Part shown: one piece after another, positions 28,259 through 36,423 of the stretch
Layout of the letters: each line of letters opens with the position of its first letter
Numbering within the stretch: position 1 is the first letter of the stretch
Source of the DNA: a virus
Direction: 5' to 3' (one strand)
IMG/VR virus record: IMGVR_UViG_3300017963_000253
Span: 11,134-75,133 of that record
DNA: 64,000 nt
Made by a program: the position numbers and the translations under genes
The notes under the pieces: model-generated
Told to the model about the DNA's origin: nothing
The model's input: the letters and a program-made list of their open reading frames with translations, nothing else
Databases searched by the model: none

Positions 28259-28903
28259 ATGGATAGTCGAGAGCTGGCCCTTCGGGCCTACCGTTCCAAT
28301 CCCTCCAATTCCACCTTCCGGCGCGTCGAGTCGGAGTACCGCGGCTGGCTGACGACGGTTTCCGGAAGCGTCCTCCGGAGGTACCCAGGTTTGACCGGGG
28401 TCCGGGAGGACGTCTTGAACGAGGGCCTCCTGGCCCTCTCCCGGAGCGTCAGGCGGTTTCTCTGGTTCTGCGGGCGCTGCGGAGCGCCGTTCCTCGAGTT
28501 CTCGGACCTCCGCGCTCACGCCGCGGCGGAGCACCGCGTCCGCGGGGAGGTGGAGCTGGTCTCCCTCCGGAAGTTCGCGGAGCAGTCCGCCGGGTACGCC
28601 ATGAAGCGGACCGCGCTCCGGCTCTACCGTCCGGAGGTCCCCAGCGAGTTCTCGGAGCAGGTCCCGGACGAGCGCTGGAGCCGGGACGTCCTAGACGTGG
28701 AGCTGCTGGTCCGGCGCGCGGAGCTTCGGATGAGCCGGGACGCCCTCCACCTCCTCCACCGCGTTCTGGGGACGCCGGAGCCGGATCCCCTCGCCCCGGA
28801 GGAGCCGGGTCTCCCGGAGCTGAGGGACCTCCTCCGGGACCTCCCTCAGGCTCATCTTGGTTATGAGTCCCCGAAGGAGGCGACATGTCGGTACCGGAAC
28901 TAG
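28259..28903 (+). CDS. sigma70-family factor with inserted C2H2 zinc finger
   Basis: Region 2.2-like EDVLNEGLLALSRSVRRF; CGRCGAPFLEFSDLRAHAAAEH; region 2.3/2.4-like SLRKFAEQSAGYAMKR. Confidence 0.7.
   Translation: MDSRELALRAYRSNPSNSTFRRVESEYRGWLTTVSGSVLRRYPGLTGVREDVLNEGLLALSRSVRRFLWFCGRCGAPFLEFSDLRAHAAAEHRVRGEVELVSLRKFAEQSAGYAMKRTALRLYRPEVPSEFSEQVPDERWSRDVLDVELLVRRAELRMSRDALHLLHRVLGTPEPDPLAPEEPGLPELRDLLRDLPQAHLGYESPKEATCRYRN
28853..28868 (+). promoter_or_regulatory. phage promoter motif
   Basis: CATCTTGGTTATGAGT upstream of AGGAGG and the ATG at 28885. Confidence 0.65.
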
Positions 28904-29592
28904 AGGGACCTCGTTTCAAGCAACTGAACCTGAGCACGCTGCGGAAGACGTCCGCGGAGGTCCTGGGCTTCGAGCCCCAGGGTCGGAAGATCCGGGAGGC
29001 TCACGCGGAGGTGATGGCGGAGCTGGACCGCCGGAGGCACGAACTCCCCTACGTCTGCGGGCGGTGCAACTCCTCCTTGGACGGGGAGATGAGCAAGTGC
29101 TGGGCCTGCGGGTCCGTGATCCAGGACGAGGCGGAGGACGCGCCGCGGATGACCACTGAGGAGGTCGAGAGTCGCGCCGGGAAGCTGGGGATTGACCCTG
29201 GGGAGAAGGGGGAGGAGGAACTCCGCGCGGAGGTGGAGGCGGCGGAGAAGCGGAAGCGGAACCGCCGCGGGGACCTCGGGGGGATGGAGGCGGAGCGCCT
29301 GAACGAGCAGTTGACGGAGGCGATGGGGGACGGTTGGCGGAAGGATAGGACAAAGTTGTATATTTCCTATTTTGATCCAAGTGGTCAGAAGAGAATCGGA
29401 GTCTACAATCGTGGGCTTCAAGTACAATTTTCCGTCAATGATGGAGTTTTGGATCACTTCGAAAATTTGGAATTTTTGGACAAGGATGCACGACGCAGAC
29501 GGCACACGGGGCGGACTAACTATATCTATGTTGGGGACGTCTCCCGCGAGGCCTTAGAGGTCGCTCTCTTCGTTCTACGCAAGTACAGCTGA
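28885..29592 (+). CDS. zinc-ribbon-containing hypothetical protein
   Basis: CGRC...CWAC; strong RBS. Confidence 0.7.
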   Translation: MSVPELEGPRFKQLNLSTLRKTSAEVLGFEPQGRKIREAHAEVMAELDRRRHELPYVCGRCNSSLDGEMSKCWACGSVIQDEAEDAPRMTTEEVESRAGKLGIDPGEKGEEELRAEVEAAEKRKRNRRGDLGGMEAERLNEQLTEAMGDGWRKDRTKLYISYFDPSGQKRIGVYNRGLQVQFSVNDGVLDHFENLEFLDKDARRRRHTGRTNYIYVGDVSREALEVALFVLRKYS

Positions 29593-29603
29593 CGGGGCTT
29601 CTG

Positions 29604-30551
29604 ATGAAGCCTGAAGAGACGCTCGTCCTCGGGGCCGGTCCCGTGGGCTTGATTGCGGCGGAGATCCTGGGGGCGCGCTACGTGGTGGGGAAGGATCCCG
29701 GGGGTTCCAAGACCCTTCGCAACCTGGCTCCAACCTACCTCTGGTGGACCCCCTCTGTGGAGCGCTTCCTCCTGGATCTTGGGCTGAATTGGGGATCTCG
29801 CTGGGTTAAGTTTGGGTGGCTTTGCTCGGGTGAGGTTAGGGACGCCCCCTCCGAGGCGGACTTGAAGAGCTATTACCGGCGTAGCCGCGGGGGCGTCTCC
29901 GGGAAAGTACCCTCCTCCGTGGCCTCCTCCGGGAAGCCGGGGGAGATCGAGGTCTCCAGCGTTCCCCTGGAGCAGATAATCGACCTTCTCTTGGAGAGGA
30001 ACCTGATTTACGAGATGGAGGTGGAGTCTATCTTCCACTTGGGAACGGTGATCCGGTTCAATCAATCCCCGACGGTGGAGTTCCCCGCTACTACGTTGGT
30101 CAACACGCTCCCGAGGTCGGTCTTCTGTGAGATGATATTCCCGAAGATGGAGTTCCCACCGGAGGCAAAGGCGGGTTGGAAGACCTTCGTAAGTGGGGAC
30201 GCCTACACTAGTGCGTTGGACCGGGTATGGGAGGAGCGGGAGCTTGACTTCCTCTACGTAGCGGACGAATCGCTCCCGTTCGAGCGCGTGAAGTTCCTGC
30301 ATGATTCCTGGAAGAACGAGAGGTTCGTCTACGAGTTCAACGCGGTGTCAGTCCCGCCGGAATTCCTGGATCTGGTCCATGGGAAGCAGGTTTACTCCGC
30401 GCCGCTGCAGATCTCGGAGGTCTCCACCCGTCCCAGGGTGGAGGAGTTGGGGGGTAGGGTCCGGAACGTCGGGCGGTTGGCGCGGTGGGATCACTCTATC
30501 CGCCTTCACGACGTGATAGAGGAACTCTATCGCTGGAGGGATGTACGATGA
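29604..30551 (+). CDS. FAD-dependent oxidoreductase (UDP-galactopyranose mutase / amine-oxidase fold)
   Basis: VLGAGPVGL, LVNTLP, C-terminal VGRLARW. Confidence 0.75.
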   Translation: MKPEETLVLGAGPVGLIAAEILGARYVVGKDPGGSKTLRNLAPTYLWWTPSVERFLLDLGLNWGSRWVKFGWLCSGEVRDAPSEADLKSYYRRSRGGVSGKVPSSVASSGKPGEIEVSSVPLEQIIDLLLERNLIYEMEVESIFHLGTVIRFNQSPTVEFPATTLVNTLPRSVFCEMIFPKMEFPPEAKAGWKTFVSGDAYTSALDRVWEERELDFLYVADESLPFERVKFLHDSWKNERFVYEFNAVSVPPEFLDLVHGKQVYSAPLQISEVSTRPRVEELGGRVRNVGRLARWDHSIRLHDVIEELYRWRDVR

Positions 30552-31495
30552 AGGACGCGTTGGAGGAGATCTTCGAGACCCAGACCGCGTTCAACCGGAG
30601 GTTCTTCGCGGATCGTGGCTTGGACCTGGCGGAACTCTCCGGAGCGGACCGGGCGCAGTGGACGAAGCAATTCGTCCTCCACGTGGAGGGGGAGCTTCAC
30701 GAGCTACTCCGGGAGACGAACTGGAAGATGCATCGCCTGGAGGGGAAGCGGGTCAACCGGGGGAACGTTCTGGAGGAGTGGACGGACTGCTTCAAGTTCC
30801 TGCTCGGGCTCGCCAACGTCTGGGGGTTCTCCGCCTCCGAGGTCCTGGAGGAGTTCCGCCGGAAGTCCCGGGTGGTGGACTACCGTTACGGGATGGAGCA
30901 GCGTCTCCGGGCGATCTCTCCGGGGAGTCCGGTGGTGGCGGTGGACATCGACGGGGTTCTGAACGACTACCCAGGTTGCTTCCTCCGCTGGGTTTCCCCC
31001 CCAGCTGAAGAACCGTTCGAGACGCTTGCGGCGCTCCGGGAGAAGGTGGGTCCCAAGCGGTACCGGGAGATCAAGGACGAGTACCGGAAGAGCGGGGCGA
31101 AGCGGGAGCAGGGGGTTCGACCCGGTGCGCGGGAGATGCTCAACGGACTCCGCGCCGCCGGTTACTCCGTGGTCCTACTATCCAAGCGTCCCTACTGGCG
31201 GTTCTACCGGATCTACGCGGATACGCTGGAGTGGCTGGAGCGGAACGGGCTCCGCTGCGACGCGGTCCTCTTCCACCGGGAGAAGCACCGGAAGATCCTG
31301 GAGGACTTCCCTAACCTTATCGCGATGGTGGAGGACGACCCCGCGGTGGCGCGGGAGATCCTCTCCATCGGGGTGGAGGTCTTCTTGGTAGAGGGGGAGC
31401 TGAACGTAGGGGCGGAGGTACCCGGGGCAAACAGAATTTCCAACGTCGCGGACGTCGTGACGGAACTGGAGGAGATTGGGTATGAGTCACGATAG
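30548..31495 (+). CDS. dimeric dUTPase/MazG-like NTP pyrophosphatase fused to HAD 5'-nucleotidase
   Basis: ELHELLRETNWKMH, LEEWTDCFKF; DIDGVL, TLEWL, MVEDDP. Confidence 0.85.
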   Translation: MKDALEEIFETQTAFNRRFFADRGLDLAELSGADRAQWTKQFVLHVEGELHELLRETNWKMHRLEGKRVNRGNVLEEWTDCFKFLLGLANVWGFSASEVLEEFRRKSRVVDYRYGMEQRLRAISPGSPVVAVDIDGVLNDYPGCFLRWVSPPAEEPFETLAALREKVGPKRYREIKDEYRKSGAKREQGVRPGAREMLNGLRAAGYSVVLLSKRPYWRFYRIYADTLEWLERNGLRCDAVLFHREKHRKILEDFPNLIAMVEDDPAVAREILSIGVEVFLVEGELNVGAEVPGANRISNVADVVTELEEIGYESR

Positions 31496-32603
31496 AGTAG
31501 AGGAGATCCGGAAGTTGCGACGCCTGATGGGAACCGCTCCAGAGGCGGAGCCTGAGTTCGAGACGAAGTTCTACCGCGGGGTAGAGGGGATCCGCGTGAA
31601 GCTGGTAGATGGACCTCGGAACCCCTACCGGGCGATGTACGCGATGGGGGTCTCTACCTGGGGGCATATTCACTCTTTAGCTACTGACCGTTGGGAGGAT
31701 ACACCGCCGGAGGCCCGGGAGGCGGTAGTCCGGGCGGTCCTAGGGTTTAACGCCCTCCCGCTAGCGATGGAGGCCCCGAAGTTTACGTTCGAGGTCTATA
31801 ACCTTACGCGGTGGAGCTTCGATCAGATCGCCCGCGCGCGGATCGGGGCGGTCTTCGCTTCCCTCGGGACGCGGGATAACAACCATTTGGGGATCCCCTT
31901 CCGGATGCACGAGGCGACTTGGAGGAACGAGTCGAAGCGAGGTCTCTTTGTGGGCAACGCCAAGAACGCCAAGGACGCGTACCGGACGTTGGTGGAGAGT
32001 GGGAGGGGGAGTTGGCAGGAGGCGCGGACGTTCCTCCCGATCTCGGTGGTCCATCGCTTCACGATGTCGATCAACTTCCTTGCCCTCCGGGGGATGTGCG
32101 CCCGGAGGATGACCTTCTCGGAGGCGGAGGACACTGTTGCGGTGGCGTGGCTCCTTCGAGACCGTTTGATGAAGGCGGACGCCTACCCGCTTCTCGCCGC
32201 CCATCTTCGACCCGCTTGTGACGGCGCGGGGACCTGCCGGTATCACAAGGCTCACACGATTTCAGAGGCCTTTGGGTGTCTTTTCAAGAGCTGTGGTCGA
32301 CACCCGGTGAAGAGCGCCCCCGGGAACCCGGATTTCGATTACGAGTATGCGGACTTTAACGTCAGTTGTTCGGACCGAAAGACGATTCAGGATCAGCTGC
32401 AGATTTCGATCCCGGAGCGGACCATGGATCCTGACAAGGTGGAACTTACTTCCCGCGACCGTTTCCTCTTAGGATTTCAGGCTCAGAATGAGGAGGAGTT
32501 TGAAGATTGGAGGTGGTACGCGCAGGCGGAGAGAGGGGTGGATGCAAACCCGTTCCCCCTCCCGGATTCCGGGGCTGCAGTTGAACCGGTGGACCTCCCG
32601 TGA
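31482..32603 (+). CDS. divergent ThyX-family flavin enzyme
   Basis: FTFEVYNLTRWSFDQIARAR, QEARTFLP, C-terminal Cys cluster; canonical active-site motifs altered. Confidence 0.8.
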   Translation: MSHDRVEEIRKLRRLMGTAPEAEPEFETKFYRGVEGIRVKLVDGPRNPYRAMYAMGVSTWGHIHSLATDRWEDTPPEAREAVVRAVLGFNALPLAMEAPKFTFEVYNLTRWSFDQIARARIGAVFASLGTRDNNHLGIPFRMHEATWRNESKRGLFVGNAKNAKDAYRTLVESGRGSWQEARTFLPISVVHRFTMSINFLALRGMCARRMTFSEAEDTVAVAWLLRDRLMKADAYPLLAAHLRPACDGAGTCRYHKAHTISEAFGCLFKSCGRHPVKSAPGNPDFDYEYADFNVSCSDRKTIQDQLQISIPERTMDPDKVELTSRDRFLLGFQAQNEEEFEDWRWYAQAERGVDANPFPLPDSGAAVEPVDLP

Positions 32604-33136
32604 TCCGCGCGCTGGAGGGGGTGAACTTCGTCGGGAAAAGTACGGCTACTAATCTTCTCTCTGTGGAGTTTGGTTTTCCTGTTTATTCGGATCCTGGAAG
32701 GCATGGATTGTTTGAAGATTGGTTAGTTCCGTTTTCTCCGCGTGAATGGCAGGTTCAAGGGACTCAAAATGCATTAGCTAGTACAGTGTTTTCCAACTGG
32801 GTAGACGTAATTTTGGATCGCTGGATCCTCTCGAATTTGGTTCACGATGAGGAGCGGGGATTGAAAATCCCGGACCGCGTTATCTGGAAAATTTTGGAGT
32901 TGACTGATAATGCGAGGGTGTACCTCCTACATGCGGATCTTTCGGTGGTGTTGGAGCGAGCGGAGGAGCGTGGTGTGGTAGTAACTGATTCGCTCCGGGA
33001 TACGATATTCAAGCGGGCAGAAGCCTTTCTTCGTTGGGCCACCGTTTTGGATTCTTACTATGGGGTCGAAGTTTATCTCGTTAACGCAAACTGGAGTAGT
33101 GGAGAGGTTTTCGATGCGATATATCGTAACTGGTAG
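32600..33136 (+). CDS. thymidylate kinase-like dNMP kinase
   Basis: LEGVNFVGKST P-loop, ILDRWILSNLV. Confidence 0.85.
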   Translation: MIRALEGVNFVGKSTATNLLSVEFGFPVYSDPGRHGLFEDWLVPFSPREWQVQGTQNALASTVFSNWVDVILDRWILSNLVHDEERGLKIPDRVIWKILELTDNARVYLLHADLSVVLERAEERGVVVTDSLRDTIFKRAEAFLRWATVLDSYYGVEVYLVNANWSSGEVFDAIYRNW

Positions 33137-34121
33137 CAGTGGGATGCTGGGTCATGTCTTGGACGAGACCCTTCGGTCCCTGGGTCACGAGCGGTTGATC
33201 CCGAGCGGTCGGAACTGGAAGAGCCCTTCCACCGGGGAGATAGAGCCGGACTTCCGGGACCCTGTATATCTTCGTTGGCTGGAGGGGGCGAACGTGGACG
33301 TCTTCTTCCACGCCGGGGCGTTGGTGGGGACGACGCGATGTGAGGCGCACGCGGAGGATGCCTGGAGCTGCAACGTCGAGGCGGTCCGGAGGATCGCGGA
33401 TATCCTCTCCCGGCGACGGATCTACACCGTCTTCTACGCCACTGCTGCGGAGATGGAGCCGGGGGAGTATGGGTTGGACCGGCCTATCGACGTGGGACGG
33501 ACCCCCCGGAACCCGCTTACCCGTTACGGGATTACGAAGTTGGCGGGGCGGGAGTTGATGGAGGTCCTTTTCCGGGAGCGTGGTGTGGAGGAACTCCTTC
33601 TCCAGGTCTATCCTAGCTTTGGCTTCGGAGGGGCGCGGGACGGGAACTCCTGTGTGGCCGACCTTCTGAAGTGTGCCCTCGGGGTTTATGACCGCAGACC
33701 CTTCCTCCCGCTCGCCCCGGAGAACATCAAGGAGGTCACACCGCACTCCTACATCGCGGAACTTTCCGTCCGCGCCGCGGAGCGACGTCTCTCTGGGAAG
33801 ATTCCTATCGCGTCTGGGGTCTGGACCCGTTACGCGGAGATCGTGGAGATGGTCGAGGATGTCACCGGGGAGAAGTTGGACCCGGAGTGGCGTGCGGACC
33901 TGGACTACAAGGGGGACTTCTTACATGTACGGGAGGACGTCTTCTCCTTGGCAGAGGATCTGGGGGTTCCGGTCCTGACGCGGGTGGAGATCAAAGCGGC
34001 TCTCGTGGATGAGATGAACGGGATCCTGAACGCGGAGGGTGCCGGGGTGATGGCGAATCACGAGTGGCGGTTCGCGGAGAAGCTTGTGGAGGCGTTCCCG
34101 GGTTGGGAGGGACGTAGATGA
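33114..34121 (+). CDS. NAD-dependent epimerase/reductase (extended SDR, RmlD-like)
   Basis: VTGSSGMLG, FHAGA, YGITK. Confidence 0.85.
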   Translation: MRYIVTGSSGMLGHVLDETLRSLGHERLIPSGRNWKSPSTGEIEPDFRDPVYLRWLEGANVDVFFHAGALVGTTRCEAHAEDAWSCNVEAVRRIADILSRRRIYTVFYATAAEMEPGEYGLDRPIDVGRTPRNPLTRYGITKLAGRELMEVLFRERGVEELLLQVYPSFGFGGARDGNSCVADLLKCALGVYDRRPFLPLAPENIKEVTPHSYIAELSVRAAERRLSGKIPIASGVWTRYAEIVEMVEDVTGEKLDPEWRADLDYKGDFLHVREDVFSLAEDLGVPVLTRVEIKAALVDEMNGILNAEGAGVMANHEWRFAEKLVEAFPGWEGRR

Positions 34122-34801
34122 TTAGATATTTGAATAAATTAGTTGAAGTATTGACTAATTTGGATAACGAAGAGCGTATTGAGGCTTTGAATTTGGTAAA
34201 GACGGAGCTTCATAAAATTTCTCCTTTCAAGGCGGAGCCTGTGGATTGTGTGCTTTGGGAGCGTACTTCTCGTGTAATTGCTAACGATTACAATCCTAAT
34301 GCTGTTGCTCCTCCGGAAATGGAGTTACTTCGGATTTCGATAGAGTCGGATGGATTCACCCAACCTGTTGTGACGGATTTCAGTGACGAGTCTGAGGTGT
34401 TTGTGGTGGTGGATGGATTTCACCGTAATCGAGTGGCTCGAGAGTGTGAATCTGTGGTGGATAAGTTGGGTGGTTACCTTCCGATAGTTCAGATACGTGC
34501 TGATCAGAAGGGGCGTTCAGATAGAATTGCTTCGACGATTCGTCACAATCGCGCAAGGGGTAAGCATCAAATCGCAAAGATGTCTGATATTGTGATTGAA
34601 TTGAAGCGGAGAAATTGGTCTGACAAGAAGATAGGTCGTGAACTTGGGATGGATCCTGATGAGGTGTTGCGATTGGCTCAGATTACTGGGTTAGCAGAAG
34701 CGTTTCGGGACAAGGAGTTCACTCGGGCCTGGGAGGCAGATTTGAAGTTGGATGACGAGTTGATCGAGGGATTGGTCGAAGAGGTCGACTTGGATGAGTA
34801 G
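34118..34801 (+). CDS. ibrB: ParB-like nuclease-domain protein (IbrB/YbdM family)
   Basis: SPFKAEPVDCVLW, ANDYNPNAVAPPEMELL, VDGFHR, STIRHNRARGKH. Confidence 0.9.
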   Translation: MIRYLNKLVEVLTNLDNEERIEALNLVKTELHKISPFKAEPVDCVLWERTSRVIANDYNPNAVAPPEMELLRISIESDGFTQPVVTDFSDESEVFVVVDGFHRNRVARECESVVDKLGGYLPIVQIRADQKGRSDRIASTIRHNRARGKHQIAKMSDIVIELKRRNWSDKKIGRELGMDPDEVLRLAQITGLAEAFRDKEFTRAWEADLKLDDELIEGLVEEVDLDE

Positions 34802-35210
34802 GTTGGAAACGATAGATTTTGAGAGAGTTCAACCTGGTAGAGTTTACTTTCATTACTTGGATTTGGAGGAGTATCACGCCGGGTTTTGGAAGTCTGTTTA
34901 CAATCGGGATATTAAGGCGCGCTTGACTGCTACTTCGGTTAAGATTTTGCGGGATCGGGATATTTTTAGTGGTGCAGTTCAACGTGTGATAAAGGAGTGG
35001 CCAAACTCTTGTCTAGCGGAATTTACTGCTCCTGGAAATCACAGGGCTTGGTTGGGTCAGGCTGCGTGCTGTCTCGTTGCTGGTGTTCCGGAGAACCTGA
35101 CTCGGTTAGCGTGGTGGAAGTTAACTGAGGTCCAAAGAATCGCCGCTAACGATATTGCGGAGATTGCTATTCGAGATTGGAGGATAAGACGTGTTGAAAC
35201 GAAGACTTGA
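34794..35210 (+). CDS. hypothetical protein within the ibrB-ibrA module
   Basis: Overlaps both neighbours; WPNSC...RAWLGQAACC motif. Confidence 0.8.
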   Translation: MSRLETIDFERVQPGRVYFHYLDLEEYHAGFWKSVYNRDIKARLTATSVKILRDRDIFSGAVQRVIKEWPNSCLAEFTAPGNHRAWLGQAACCLVAGVPENLTRLAWWKLTEVQRIAANDIAEIAIRDWRIRRVETKT

Positions 35211-36423
35211 GATCAACGTCTTGGAGGCAGCTCGGGAACGGATAGCGCGGGTTTTCGACGATTTTGAGAGAATTTATGTGGCGTTTAGTGGGGGTAAGGA
35301 CTCAACTGTGATGATGCACTTGGCGTGTGAAGAGGCACGCCGTCGGGAGTGTAGAGTTGGGATCTTAATGGTGGATTTGGAAGGTTACTTTGAAATCACG
35401 GTGAAACACTGCGTTGAAATGTTTGAAATGTACGCGGATGTGATAGAGCCGTTTTGGATTTGTCTTCCGATTCACCTTCGTAATGCAGTGAGTGTGTTTG
35501 AGCCGTTTTGGGTTTGTTGGGATCCTAAAGCAGAAGGGGCTTGGGTTCGACGACCTCCAAAGGAAGCGATTGTTGATTCAGGGTACTTTCCTTTTTTCCG
35601 TGAAGGTATGGAGTTTGAGGAATTTGTGCCGCTATTTGGGGATTGGTACGCAGATGGGAAGCGGTGTGCGTGTCTTGTGGGTATCCGCACGGACGAGAGT
35701 TTGAATCGCTTTCGAACAATTGCGATTTCCCAAAAGGAGAGATTTGAGGGTCTTTCTTGGACGACGAAGATCACCAAGGATCTCTATAACGTATACCCTA
35801 TTTACGATTGGTCTGTTGAAGATATTTGGGTATATCACGCGAAGTTTGGAGATAAGCCTCACAATCGGCTGTACGATTTGATGCACCAAGCGGGTATGAC
35901 GCCTTCCCAGATGCGAATTTGTCAACCTTATGGAGACGATCAAAGGCGTAACTTGTGGCTATTTCACATTATCGAACCTAAGACTTGGGCCAGGATTGTT
36001 GCACGTGTGAATGGTGCTAATGGGGGAGCACTTTATATTCAGGAGTGGGGAAATATTAATGGTTATCGAAAGATAACTAAACCTGTTGGGCATACTTGGA
36101 GAAGTTTCTCAGAACTCCTCGTGGCTTCGATGCCAGAAAAGTCAAAGATTCACTATCGTAACAAGATCCTTCTTTTTGAAAAGTGGTGGACAGAGCGTGG
36201 TTACCCTGAAGGGATTCCTGATGAGGCGGATCCACGAATGGAGGCTAATCGCAAAGCTCCAAGTTGGCGGAGAGTATGTAAATCGTTACTTAGAAACGAT
36301 TATTGGTGTAAGGGACTTGGATTTAGTCAGCAGAAGAGTGCTGCCTACAAGGCTTACTTGGAGTTGATGAAGCGGCGGAAGAAATCTTGGGGTGTCAGTG
36401 ATGTTAAGTTGGGGTTTGTATGA
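35191..36423 (+). CDS. ibrA: PAPS-reductase-family PP-loop protein with DUF3440 (IbrA/YbdN family)
   Basis: AFSGGKDS, VGIRTDESLNR, YPIYDW, MRICQPYG, PSWRRVCKSLLRNDYWCKGLGF. Confidence 0.9.
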   Translation: MLKRRLEINVLEAARERIARVFDDFERIYVAFSGGKDSTVMMHLACEEARRRECRVGILMVDLEGYFEITVKHCVEMFEMYADVIEPFWICLPIHLRNAVSVFEPFWVCWDPKAEGAWVRRPPKEAIVDSGYFPFFREGMEFEEFVPLFGDWYADGKRCACLVGIRTDESLNRFRTIAISQKERFEGLSWTTKITKDLYNVYPIYDWSVEDIWVYHAKFGDKPHNRLYDLMHQAGMTPSQMRICQPYGDDQRRNLWLFHIIEPKTWARIVARVNGANGGALYIQEWGNINGYRKITKPVGHTWRSFSELLVASMPEKSKIHYRNKILLFEKWWTERGYPEGIPDEADPRMEANRKAPSWRRVCKSLLRNDYWCKGLGFSQQKSAAYKAYLELMKRRKKSWGVSDVKLGFV

